Shown: positions 1 to 9,110 of the stretch, in pieces
Layout: each line of letters starts with the position of its first letter
Position numbering within the stretch: position 1 is the stretch's first letter
Virus record (IMG/VR): IMGVR_UViG_2585427758_000013
Length of the DNA stretch: 12,826 nucleotides
Origin: a virus
Lineage: Duplodnaviria; Heunggongvirae; Uroviricota; Caudoviricetes
Strand: one strand, 5' to 3'
Position numbers and translations under genes: made by a program
The notes under the pieces: generated by a model
Told to the model about the DNA's origin: nothing
Databases searched by the model: none
The model's input: the letters and a program-made list of their open reading frames with translations, nothing else

Positions 1-1293
<1,293 letters not shown>

Positions 1294-1414
1294 TACCCAA
1301 TTTTTCTGAATCTAAAAAGCGCCTGCGGGCGCTTTAAGTAGAGGTTTAATCATTTGAAAATAAATGGATTTTATTTTTAAGTGTCCATATAACGTCCATC
1401 TTTGAATGCAAAAA

Positions 1415-1448
1415 GCCCACAGTTTCTATGCTGTGGGCTTTGTTTTTT
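1415..1448 (+). terminator. rho-independent terminator downstream of serS
   Basis: Stem gcccacag (1415-1422), loop tttctatg, stem ctgtgggc (1431-1438), followed by tttgtttttt. A weaker GC hairpin gcgcc-tgcg-ggcgc at 1319-1332 sits directly after the serS stop. Confidence 0.6.
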
Positions 1449-1470
1449 GGTGTCCTCATGAGTGAGGGAA

Positions 1471-1504
1471 CCAAAAAGAAAACCCGCAGTTTTTACGCTG
1501 CGGG
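1471..1504 (-). terminator. rho-independent terminator for the minus-strand hok-like transcript
   Basis: On the minus strand: stem cccgcag / ctgcggg (1483-1489 and 1498-1504) followed by TTTTCTTTTT (complement of 1471-1482). Lies about 95 nt 3' of the hok-like stop. Confidence 0.5.
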
Positions 1505-1598
1505 CTTGTTGTTCACGTCAACTGGAAATAGGGTGTCTTTTCGACCTTTACCCTGGCAACCGATTGACGGGGAAGTTGCCTTCCCCGTCGCGGTTTCC

Positions 1599-1739
1599 TT
1601 ACTGCTTACACTGTAAGAACGCCGCAAACTCCGCTCCCCAGAAACTCATCCGTATTTCACACAGCGAACCGTGCAGCATCCAGATGATGAGGATTGCCGT
1701 CACGCAGAACGTGATGGCCGTAAGCGATTTTTGCGACAT
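1599..1739 (-). CDS. hok: Hok/Gef-family type I toxin (46 aa small membrane peptide)
   Basis: Hand translation of the minus strand from ATG at 1739-1737 gives MSQKSLTAITFCVTAILIIWMLHGSLCEIRMSFWGAEFAAFLQCKQ, stop TAA at 1601-1599. It has a hydrophobic N-terminal helix, the SLCEIR motif and an AAF...C-terminal tail as in Hok/HokA/RelF. AAGGAG Shine-Dalgarno 8 nt upstream. Not in the supplied ORF track (too short). Confidence 0.6.
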   Translation of the reverse strand: MSQKSLTAITFCVTAILIIWMLHGSLCEIRMSFWGAEFAAFLQCKQ

Positions 1740-1869
1740 AGCACTTGCTCCTTTTCCGGAGAGGCGCTAACCTTTCACTTGTCAAGGTAATGCGGTTAGG
1801 GCCTCGGTTAAACAGAGATGTTTTCCGGGGCCTTTCCACATCTGGCCTTCGGGTATTCCCTCCGACCAT
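1657..1869 (-). CDS. mok: Mok-like overlapping reading frame (70 aa)
   Basis: 70-aa ORF in a different frame that starts upstream of the hok-like gene and ends inside it, the arrangement seen in hok/mok/sok loci. No strong Shine-Dalgarno; the exact start is uncertain. Confidence 0.4.
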   Translation of the reverse strand: MVGGNTRRPDVERPRKTSLFNRGPNRITLTSERLAPLRKRSKCYVAKIAYGHHVLRDGNPHHLDAARFAV

Positions 1870-1929
1870 CAGCCGAAAGGCACCCGCGCGTAATCTATCG
1901 CGTTTTTGTTACTCCGGCAATTCTGCCTG

Positions 1930-2190
1930 TTAATTCTGAGATAAAGGCAAACTCATCTGATTGTTTCCCCTGTGTGAAGCTGGCAACTCATGCCACGGGA
2001 TACCTTCTGAAGAGTGAACGCCGGGGGCGTGTTTCGATGTGAATTTATGGAAAGCTTCCAGTGTTGAGAAACTTATGCCGCATTCCAGGTTGTTACACTG
2101 GTAATATTTTTTCCGTACGGTGTTTGAATCATTTTCCGAACGACTGGTGCGGATACGGGCAGATGCGCCACAAAGCGGACAACGGAACAT
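1930..2190 (-). CDS. ogr: Ogr/Delta-family zinc-finger late-gene transcriptional activator
   Basis: 86-aa ORF beginning MFRCPLCGASARIRTSR...YYQCNNLECGISF: the CPLC...QCxNxxC zinc-finger signature and MF.CPLC N-terminus of P2 Ogr. Lies directly downstream of gpD on the same strand, as in P2. Confidence 0.8.
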   Translation of the reverse strand: MFRCPLCGASARIRTSRSENDSNTVRKKYYQCNNLECGISFSTLEAFHKFTSKHAPGVHSSEGIPWHELPASHRGNNQMSLPLSQN

Positions 2191-2230
2191 AGCGACCTCC
2201 CTTAACGTGGTGCTGCCTATTCTAAGTTGC

Positions 2231-3340
2231 TCACTCTGTTTCCGCTATCCATTCCGGGATTTTTGCCTCAAGCTCAAGCTGCGTGGTAAAACCGCTGTTA
2301 TCAATGGTGTGCTCGGCTTTTGCAATGATCCAGTCCTGATTATCAATCTCGCTTTTAAATCCTGTTACCGTGCCATGCATTTCGGGGTAGAGTTCTGCAC
2401 GTCCACGCGCCAGCGTGATGGAGAATGATGCGGCTCCGCGTTGTAGTTGCTGCCACTTTGCCGCCGCTGCGCGTCTTGCTGTCTGCTCGTTCTGATAAGT
2501 CTTGCGTAACACAAACACATTGCCTTCCGCGCCTTCCATATAATCACCTTCACGGCTGCTGCTTTTCTCCTTTTTGGGTTTTGGCGGTTTACGGCGTTTC
2601 ACGCTGACTTTTTTCTTTTTCCCGTAATTAAGATCAAGCCAGTAAGCGCGTACCCCCGTATACGCTTCGCGGTCAGCAATGCGGAACTGATGGCGATCGC
2701 CGCTGCTGCGTGTGATGGCAAACGATGGCAACGGCTGGCCCTGTGCGTTCACGCCACCGCCGGGCATGATGAATAACAGATTACCGCTTTTTACCGTGGT
2801 GATTGCGCCCAGCATTTCCGCCATGCGCGTAAGGAAGGACATGTCGCTTTCTTCGGTCTGGTCGGCGTGGTCGATTTCGATATCCATCAGCATTTCGCTG
2901 ATTTGCGGTTTCAGACCATACCGATGAGCGATGGCGGATACCACACGCTCAACGGTCACATCATGCCAGGACACCTCACGTTTAACGTTAAATTCATCCC
3001 GAAAATCTGCGCTTCTGGCTGAAACAGTCAGCCTGTCCGGCGGTCCTTCGTGAGCGATTTCATCAACAATGTAAGTGCCTTTTTCTGTCAGCGGTTCTCC
3101 TTTCCAGCCAATGAGAACCGTCAGGCGCGCGCCCCGTGGCGGTAGCTGCAACTGACCATCCGCATCATCCAGCGTGATGGTGAGCTGGTCCGCCTCAAAT
3201 CCCCGGTTGTCGGTCAGTGACAGGCTCATCAGGCACTCTGCCACGCCTGACAGCGTTTTACCCTCCGCGAGAATATCAAAATCCGGCATTTTCACGGGGT
3301 CTGTGCCCTGACTGAGCAATTGCATGGTGGTGTCGGTCAT
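2231..3340 (-). CDS. D: P2 gpD-family tail protein (late control gene D)
   Basis: Translation carries gpD-family blocks (IDHADQTEESD, RAYW, KWQQLQRG, GFKSEIDNQDW). The ORF track extends to 3472, but the likely start is the ATG at 3340-3338 (MTDTTMQLL), which is preceded by GGAGGGAG. Confidence 0.85.
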   Translation of the reverse strand: MTDTTMQLLSQGTDPVKMPDFDILAEGKTLSGVAECLMSLSLTDNRGFEADQLTITLDDADGQLQLPPRGARLTVLIGWKGEPLTEKGTYIVDEIAHEGPPDRLTVSARSADFRDEFNVKREVSWHDVTVERVVSAIAHRYGLKPQISEMLMDIEIDHADQTEESDMSFLTRMAEMLGAITTVKSGNLLFIMPGGGVNAQGQPLPSFAITRSSGDRHQFRIADREAYTGVRAYWLDLNYGKKKKVSVKRRKPPKPKKEKSSSREGDYMEGAEGNVFVLRKTYQNEQTARRAAAAKWQQLQRGAASFSITLARGRAELYPEMHGTVTGFKSEIDNQDWIIAKAEHTIDNSGFTTQLELEAKIPEWIAETE

Positions 3341-3497
3341 CTGCTCCCTCCCTGTGCGGCATGGTCGCATGTGCGTGCGGAGGGGGTTACTGCTTTTTGT
3401 TGTCGCCGTGGCGGGAGAACGGCGCAGGGGGGAGATTACGCGCGTGGTGGGTGATGATTGTTGCCGAATCATTTAACGGATACAAGGGGCTGAAGCT

Positions 3498-4682
3498 ATG
3501 AGTGAAACTCGTTTTCATGGTGCCCGTGTTACGGAAAGTACCGACCTGGTAACAGCGATTAACGATGTTGATTCCAGCGTTATCGGTATCGTGGCAACGG
3601 CGGATGATGCGGACGCGAAGCTGTTCCCGCTGAACAAGCCCACACTGCTGACCCGCGTCAATGACGTGCTGGGAAAATGCGGGACAACGGGGACGCTTTA
3701 TCGTGCGCTTAAGGCCATCGCAGACCAGGTGAGCACAAAGGTGATCGTCGTTCGCGTGGCTGAACACAAAGAAGAAAACGGAAAGACGCAGGATCAACTG
3801 GTTATCGGTGGTTCTGAATCTGACGGCAGCTATACGGGGATGTATGCGCTGCTTGTTGCAGAGCAGGATGAAAGCATCGGATACCGTCCGCGTATTCTGG
3901 CCGCGCCGGAGCTGGACACGGAGGCGGTGACAAAATCCCTGTGCGTGATTGCGGGTAAACTGCGCGCGTTTGTGTATGCCGCATGTCATGGTTGTAACAC
4001 GATGGCTGAGGCGATTACCTACCGCCAGAAATTCAACGAACGTGAGGTGATGCTCTTATGGCCTGACTTCATCGCCTACAACCCGAAAAGTGGCAAAAAC
4101 GAAACGTTCCCCGCGCCTGCTTATGCGTGCGGCCTTCGTGCGTACATTGACCATGAGCAGGGCTGGCACAAATCGCTGTCCAACGTTCCGGTTAAAAATG
4201 TGCTGGGGATGTCGAGGCATGTGTTCTGGTCGTTACAGGCCGAAGACAGTGATGCCAACAGCCTCAACAACAAAGAAATCACGACCATTATTCGTCGTAA
4301 CGGGTTCCGCTTCTGGGGCAACCGCACACCGGAAACGAACGCCTACATCTTTGAGGTGTATACCCGAACCGCACAGGTGCTGGCTGATTCAATTGCGGAA
4401 GCGCAGTTTGAAACCATCGACAGTCCACTGACGCCTGCGAACGTGAAGGATGTTATCAGTGCCATCAGGGCAAAACTGGATTCGCTGGTTACTGCCGGGA
4501 AACTGATTGGCGCGGAGTGCTGGTATGACGTGGTGGATAACGGCACCACGGATTTACGTCAGGGACGTGTGCGTATTCGCTACAAATATACGCCCGTTCC
4601 GCCACTGGAAGACATGGAGCTTTACCAGACGTTTACTGATGAATTCTTTGGTCCCGCATTTGCGGTGCTGGGAGGTGCCTGA
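3498..4682 (+). CDS. FI: contractile tail sheath protein (P2 gpFI family)
   Basis: 394-aa ORF with sheath-family blocks (LRAFVYAA, WPDF, EQGWHKSLSNV, RRNGFRFWGNRT, YKYTPVPPLE). AAGGGG Shine-Dalgarno upstream of the ATG. Confidence 0.9.
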   Translation: MSETRFHGARVTESTDLVTAINDVDSSVIGIVATADDADAKLFPLNKPTLLTRVNDVLGKCGTTGTLYRALKAIADQVSTKVIVVRVAEHKEENGKTQDQLVIGGSESDGSYTGMYALLVAEQDESIGYRPRILAAPELDTEAVTKSLCVIAGKLRAFVYAACHGCNTMAEAITYRQKFNEREVMLLWPDFIAYNPKSGKNETFPAPAYACGLRAYIDHEQGWHKSLSNVPVKNVLGMSRHVFWSLQAEDSDANSLNNKEITTIIRRNGFRFWGNRTPETNAYIFEVYTRTAQVLADSIAEAQFETIDSPLTPANVKDVISAIRAKLDSLVTAGKLIGAECWYDVVDNGTTDLRQGRVRIRYKYTPVPPLEDMELYQTFTDEFFGPAFAVLGGA

Positions 4683-5194
4683 TGGCTGTACCAAAACATC
4701 TTCGCTTTTTTACGCTGTTTGTGGATGGTGAAAACGAAGTGGGTAAGGTGACGTCCGTCACTCTGCCTAAGCTGACGCGCAAAACCGACAGCTACCGGGG
4801 TGGTGGCATGATGGGGGCGGTAAGTATTGATCTCGGTCTGGACGACTCCGCGCTTGATGCGAGCTTTGTCATGGGGGGAGCTGTTCGTGCGCTGTTCCTT
4901 AAATATGGCGGCACGATTGACGGCACGCTGCTGCGTTTTGCGGGTGAATACTACACCGATGCAGAAAGCGATCTGTATGAAATCGAGATGCGCGGGCGTG
5001 TGACGGAAATTGATATGGGGGAGGCCAAACAGGGCGAAGCCACATCACACACTTACGCTGTCAAAAACACCTACTACAAGCTGAGCGTTAACGATCGCCC
5101 GCTGTGGGAAATCGACCTGTTGAACCACATCTACCGGAAGGACGGCAAGGACATTGTGCCCGATCGCATCCGTTCCGCGCTCGGGCTTGGCTGA
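4682..5194 (+). CDS. FII: tail tube protein (P2 gpFII family)
   Basis: 170-aa ORF directly after the sheath gene. Its start overlaps the FI stop (TGATG); GGAGGTG Shine-Dalgarno. Size and position match P2 FII. Confidence 0.88.
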   Translation: MAVPKHLRFFTLFVDGENEVGKVTSVTLPKLTRKTDSYRGGGMMGAVSIDLGLDDSALDASFVMGGAVRALFLKYGGTIDGTLLRFAGEYYTDAESDLYEIEMRGRVTEIDMGEAKQGEATSHTYAVKNTYYKLSVNDRPLWEIDLLNHIYRKDGKDIVPDRIRSALGLG

Positions 5195-5248
5195 TAAGTA
5201 ATATGCAGGCGGCGCAGTGCGTCGCCTCTGACTGAAAGGAGTTTCCTG

Positions 5249-5614
5249 ATGAAAGAGACGAAAAACATCGATACCGAAAACACGGTAGTTACTGACACTG
5301 TGAAAGAAACCAGTGAGCGTGGCGTAAAACTTACCCAACCAATTGAGCGAGGCGGCGAAAAAATCACGTATGTGGAGATCACCGGGGCTATTGAGCAGGC
5401 TGGATCTCTGCGAGATTTGTCGCTGTCTGATGTGCTGAATCTGAAAGCGGAATCCATGTTTACGCTGCTGTCACGCGTGACCTCGCCACGACTGGATGAA
5501 GTGACGATCAAAAAAATGGCATCCCGTGATTTTATTCAGTTATGTGTGGTTGCCGTAAATTTTTTGAGCGGTGCGGACTCTGGCGGGAAGAGCGAACAGG
5601 CGACGGAAGCCTGA
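5249..5614 (+). CDS. E: tail assembly chaperone (P2 gpE family), frame-0 product
   Basis: 121-aa ORF with AAAGGAG Shine-Dalgarno, located between the tube and tape-measure genes. Contains an internal slippery run (see 5560-5566). Confidence 0.8.
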   Translation: MKETKNIDTENTVVTDTVKETSERGVKLTQPIERGGEKITYVEITGAIEQAGSLRDLSLSDVLNLKAESMFTLLSRVTSPRLDEVTIKKMASRDFIQLCVVAVNFLSGADSGGKSEQATEA

Positions 5615-5778
5615 TCACGGTTGTGTGCTTTGAGCACATAGAAGACTTTGTGGCGGATATTGCCGCCATTTTTAACTGGTCGCCCGCCGAAATCTTCATG
5701 ATGACGCCCGGCGAAGTGGTTAGCTGGCGTGAGCGGGCGGCACTTCGCAGCGGGAATGCAGACAATGAAGACTCTTGA
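5249..5778 (+). CDS. E': E+E' fusion chaperone made by programmed -1 ribosomal frameshift
   Basis: A -1 slip on T6G (5560-5566) moves the E frame into ORF 5542-5778 (...NFF-ERCGLWREER...). The E' frame ends at TGA 5776-5778, overlapping the tape-measure start. Same logic as P2 E/E' and lambda G/GT. Confidence 0.65.
5560..5566 (+). other. slippery heptamer TTTTTTG (recoding signal for E/E')
   Basis: Six T followed by G at 5560-5566, in frame so that AAT-TTT-TTG can slip back one base. Confidence 0.6.
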
Positions 5779-8572
5779 TATCCGGGTCGCTTTCAGCGCC
5801 GTTGACAGGCTGACCCGGCCTGCCGAAAACGCCCGCCGCCTGATGGGGCAGTTTGGTGACTCCATCCAGCGAACGCAGGGGGCGATCAAAAATCTCGAGC
5901 GTCAGGCGCGATCATTTGAGCGCGCCCGCGACGCTGTCAGTAAAGCGGATGCGGGTATCGTGAAAGCACGACGCCAGCTTAACGCCCTTAATCAGTTACA
6001 ACGCACGGGTACAGTGCTCAGCGAAAAACAACAAAAGCTGATGCAGCAGTTAAGCACCCGGCTTGAACGCCTGAATGAATCGCGCACACGGGAAATTCAG
6101 AAAATGCGGGAGCTTGGCGGAGAGCTGAAACGCCACGGCATTTCCCTGACAGGCAGCGATAACACCATCCAGCAGGCCATCAGACGCACCGAACAGTACA
6201 ACAACCAGCTTGAACGCGAACGGCAGGCGCTTGCGCGTGTAACGCGGGCGCGTGAGCGGTATTCGCGCGCGCAGGAAACCGCGGGAAAACTGAAAACAGG
6301 TGGTGCGCTGGCAATTGGTGCGGCAGCGGCGGGCGGCTATGCTGCCGGGCGTTTTTTGCAGCCTGCGATCGGGTTCGGCAAAGAGATGTCCCGCGTTCAG
6401 GCACTGACGCGAATCGACAAAAACAGCCCGCAGTTTAAGGCGCTGCGTGAGCAGGCGTTAAAACTTGGCTCTGAAACACAGTTTACTGCGAGTGATGCCG
6501 CCAGTGGGCAGAGCTTTCTGGCAATGGCTGGTTTTACTCCGCAGGCCATTCAGGCCGCATTGCCCGGTGTTCTTAATATGGCGCTGGCAGGTGGCGTCGA
6601 ACTCGGCGAGACGGCGGATATAGGCTCCAATATCCTCACACAGTTCAACCTGACAGCCGATCAAATGGACCGGGTTGGCGATACGCTGACAGCGGCATTC
6701 ACCCGGACCAATACTGATTTACGCGCGCTGGGCGAAACCATGAAGTATACCGGTCCGGTTGCCGCAAAACTTGGTATCAGTCTTGAAGAAGCGGCGGCTA
6801 TGGCCGGGATGCTTGCCAATAATGGTCTTCGCGGAAGCGATGCTGGCACGGCCATGCGCGCAAGTCTGTCCCGCCTTGCATCACCGCCAAAAGCTGCGGC
6901 TGATGCACTGAAAGAGCTGGGGGTGTCAGTTGCTGACGCCAGAGGCAAAATGCGCCCGATGGAGGATGTGCTGCTTGATCTCTATAAGGCGACACAAAAA
7001 TACGGACAGGTGGACCAGGTCTCCTTCTTCAAGGACATCGCCGGAGAAGAGGCGTTCGTTGGTTTGCAGACGCTTGTTGCGGCGGCTGGTTCAGGAGAGC
7101 TGCAAAAACTGACCAGAGAATTGCAGGGGGCAAGGGGAGAGGCCGATCGCGTTGCAAAAGTAATGGCCGATAATCTTGATGGGGACCTGAAAAATCTCGA
7201 CAGCGCATGGGAAGGTCTTCGTATTCGCATCAGTGATCTGGTTGACGGTCCGCTGCGTTCTGTCACGCAGTGGCTCACGCGGGTGCTTGAAAAAATCACC
7301 TCGCTGGCGCAGGCCCATCCGGTACTGACGCGCCAGCTACTGATAGCAGGCGGTGCGTTGCTGGCAATGACTGCAACGATTGGCTCGTTGTCACTGGTTA
7401 TTGGGGTGCTTTACGGGAAGCTGGCCACCCTGCGTCTTGGTTTTGACATTCTTACCCGGTCAATGAATGTCGTCAGGGTGTTGCCTGCGCTGTGGGGAAT
7501 GGTGACGGGTTCCGTTTCTTTGCTGGGAGGCGCTATCGGGGCGCTGTTCAGTCCGGTTGGTCTTATCGTGGCTGCGCTTGCCGGAGCTGCCGTTCTTATC
7601 TGGAAATACTGGGATCCCATCAGGGCATTTTTTGCCGGGGTGTTCAGCGGGATTATGGAAAGGCTGAACCCGTTGCGTGAAACCTTTGAACGGTTTGGTC
7701 CTGTTTTTGACGCAATCGGAAGCGGGATCAGCCAGGTGTTTAACTGGTTTAAATCGCTGCTGTCACCGATGGAGTCCAGCAAGGAAACGCTGGATAAATG
7801 TACCAGTGCTGGCGAGATATTCGGTAACGCTCTTGGTGGCGCGCTACAGCTTGTTCTGACGCCTGCAAAAATGTTGCTGGATACGCTGGCGTGGATACTT
7901 GAAAAACTCGGTGTGCTTCCGGATGAAGCGGAAAGGGCGAGAAAGAAAATCGAAGACGCACAGCGTGCGGCCATTCTTCAGGACAAGGTTGCTCTGTTTC
8001 AGGGAGACATTGCGAAAATCAATCCGCCGAAGTCTGCGGAAAATGGCAATGGCACCGGAGGCGATAAACCCAAAGACAACAAACCGCTCACAGACAGCAA
8101 TACCGGCACGCTACGCAGACTCAGCAAAATTGCTGATAACACAGGTAAGCTGGTTGATGAGACAAAAAAACGTATTGGCCCCGGCGATATTGTCTTTAAG
8201 AACCTGCCCCGCGCACTTGCTGTTCGTGGGGAGTGGCAGGAGCGGAAGATTGCACAGGTCAGTAAGCCTGCCCCCGCAATGAATATCACCCCCGTGGTCC
8301 CGGCTCCGCTGCCTCCGGCGCTGGTCCCTGTTGTTGCGGCCAGCTCCCGCCCGGTGGCGGAGGCCATACGATCTCCAGTGGCATCAGTTCCTGTAACTTC
8401 CCGTAACCGGGAGCCTGTTGCCTCCGGATTTGGTGGTGAAATTCATGTTCATCTGCATAACGTTGTTACGCAGAATCCCCGCGAACTGGCGAAACTGGTC
8501 GGTGAAATGGTCAGGGCAGAAATGGAACGGCGCGCCCGTGCCGGGCGTGGCAGTTTTTACGATAAAGATTGA
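5756..8572 (+). CDS. T: tail tape measure protein (P2 gpT family)
   Basis: Very long ORF with a coiled-coil N-terminal third, central hydrophobic/Gly-Ala-rich segments and a Pro/Val-rich C-terminus, placed after E/E'. The ORF track starts at a GTG at 5729; ATGs at 5756 and 5765 are alternative starts, so the start is uncertain. Confidence 0.88.
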   Translation: MQTMKTLDIRVAFSAVDRLTRPAENARRLMGQFGDSIQRTQGAIKNLERQARSFERARDAVSKADAGIVKARRQLNALNQLQRTGTVLSEKQQKLMQQLSTRLERLNESRTREIQKMRELGGELKRHGISLTGSDNTIQQAIRRTEQYNNQLERERQALARVTRARERYSRAQETAGKLKTGGALAIGAAAAGGYAAGRFLQPAIGFGKEMSRVQALTRIDKNSPQFKALREQALKLGSETQFTASDAASGQSFLAMAGFTPQAIQAALPGVLNMALAGGVELGETADIGSNILTQFNLTADQMDRVGDTLTAAFTRTNTDLRALGETMKYTGPVAAKLGISLEEAAAMAGMLANNGLRGSDAGTAMRASLSRLASPPKAAADALKELGVSVADARGKMRPMEDVLLDLYKATQKYGQVDQVSFFKDIAGEEAFVGLQTLVAAAGSGELQKLTRELQGARGEADRVAKVMADNLDGDLKNLDSAWEGLRIRISDLVDGPLRSVTQWLTRVLEKITSLAQAHPVLTRQLLIAGGALLAMTATIGSLSLVIGVLYGKLATLRLGFDILTRSMNVVRVLPALWGMVTGSVSLLGGAIGALFSPVGLIVAALAGAAVLIWKYWDPIRAFFAGVFSGIMERLNPLRETFERFGPVFDAIGSGISQVFNWFKSLLSPMESSKETLDKCTSAGEIFGNALGGALQLVLTPAKMLLDTLAWILEKLGVLPDEAERARKKIEDAQRAAILQDKVALFQGDIAKINPPKSAENGNGTGGDKPKDNKPLTDSNTGTLRRLSKIADNTGKLVDETKKRIGPGDIVFKNLPRALAVRGEWQERKIAQVSKPAPAMNITPVVPAPLPPALVPVVAASSRPVAEAIRSPVASVPVTSRNREPVASGFGGEIHVHLHNVVTQNPRELAKLVGEMVRAEMERRARAGRGSFYDKD

Positions 8573-8578
8573 GGAGTC

Positions 8579-9073
8579 ATGGCCATGATGATGATCTACG
8601 GCATGTTTGTTTTTGAGCTGCGTACGTTGCCGCATCAGCAGTTACAGCAAAACAAAAGCTGGCGGCATGTGAAAAATGAACGCGTTAACCGTTCAGCAAG
8701 CTGGCAGTATATCGGGGCAGGCGATGATCGCATCGTTCTTTCTGGTGTGCTTTATCCTGAAATTACAGGTGGCGAAGTGTCGCTTTCGTTGCTGACCACG
8801 CAGGCATATACAGGACGCCCCTGGCCTCTGATTGATGGTGTCGGGCAGATTTACGGCATGTATGTCCTGACCGGAACGAATACGACCCGCTCCGAGTTTG
8901 ATCGCTACGGTAAGGCGAAAAAGATAGAGTTTTCACTGACTCTTGAACGCTGTGATGAGGATTTGCGGGAGCGCCTGCAATCCTCATCGTTCAGTGATAT
9001 GCTGTCCGGCTTCAAAGATAAGGTCACATCATCCCTTAACAGCGCGGCCAGCTCCGTTAAAGGGCTGTTTTGA
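8579..9073 (+). CDS. U: tail protein gpU family
   Basis: 164-aa ORF immediately after the tape measure. GAGGAG precedes it; ATGs at 8579, 8585, 8588 and 8591 are all possible starts. Confidence 0.8.
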   Translation: MAMMMIYGMFVFELRTLPHQQLQQNKSWRHVKNERVNRSASWQYIGAGDDRIVLSGVLYPEITGGEVSLSLLTTQAYTGRPWPLIDGVGQIYGMYVLTGTNTTRSEFDRYGKAKKIEFSLTLERCDEDLRERLQSSSFSDMLSGFKDKVTSSLNSAASSVKGLF

Positions 9074-9080
9074 TTAACGC

Positions 9081-9110
9081 AAAACCGCTAATGGTCAGAT
9101 TAGCGGTTTT
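9081..9110. terminator. bidirectional hairpin between convergent gpU and invertase
   Basis: aaaaccgctaat-ggtcag-attagcggtttt: a perfect 10-bp stem flanked by A-run and T-run. The invertase stop codon (9100-9102) lies inside the stem. Confidence 0.6.

Noticed and set aside
1462-1770. 102-aa plus-strand ORF and other short ORFs (1428-1616, 1745-1933, 1818-2042) in the serS-ogr gap
   Set aside because: Low-complexity, Arg/Cys/Ser-rich translations without a ribosome-binding site. The region is better explained by the minus-strand hok/mok locus and its terminator.
2120-2607. Plus-strand ORFs 2120-2428 and 2425-2607 and minus-strand 2365-2553
   Set aside because: They overlap ogr and gpD in alternative frames or on the opposite strand, with no family resemblance.
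3341-3472. N-terminal extension of the gpD ORF back to 3472
   Set aside because: The extension is Arg/Ser/Pro/Thr-rich and has no ribosome-binding site, whereas the internal ATG at 3340 has a strong GGAGGGAG and begins a gpD-like N-terminus.
3387-3989. 200-aa minus-strand ORF antisense to the sheath gene
   Set aside because: Entirely antisense to a strongly supported sheath gene; the composition looks like a shadow ORF.
6180-8367. Multiple ORFs of 60-190 aa inside or antisense to the tape-measure gene
   Set aside because: GC-rich shadow frames within a long, well-supported gene; none has start signals.
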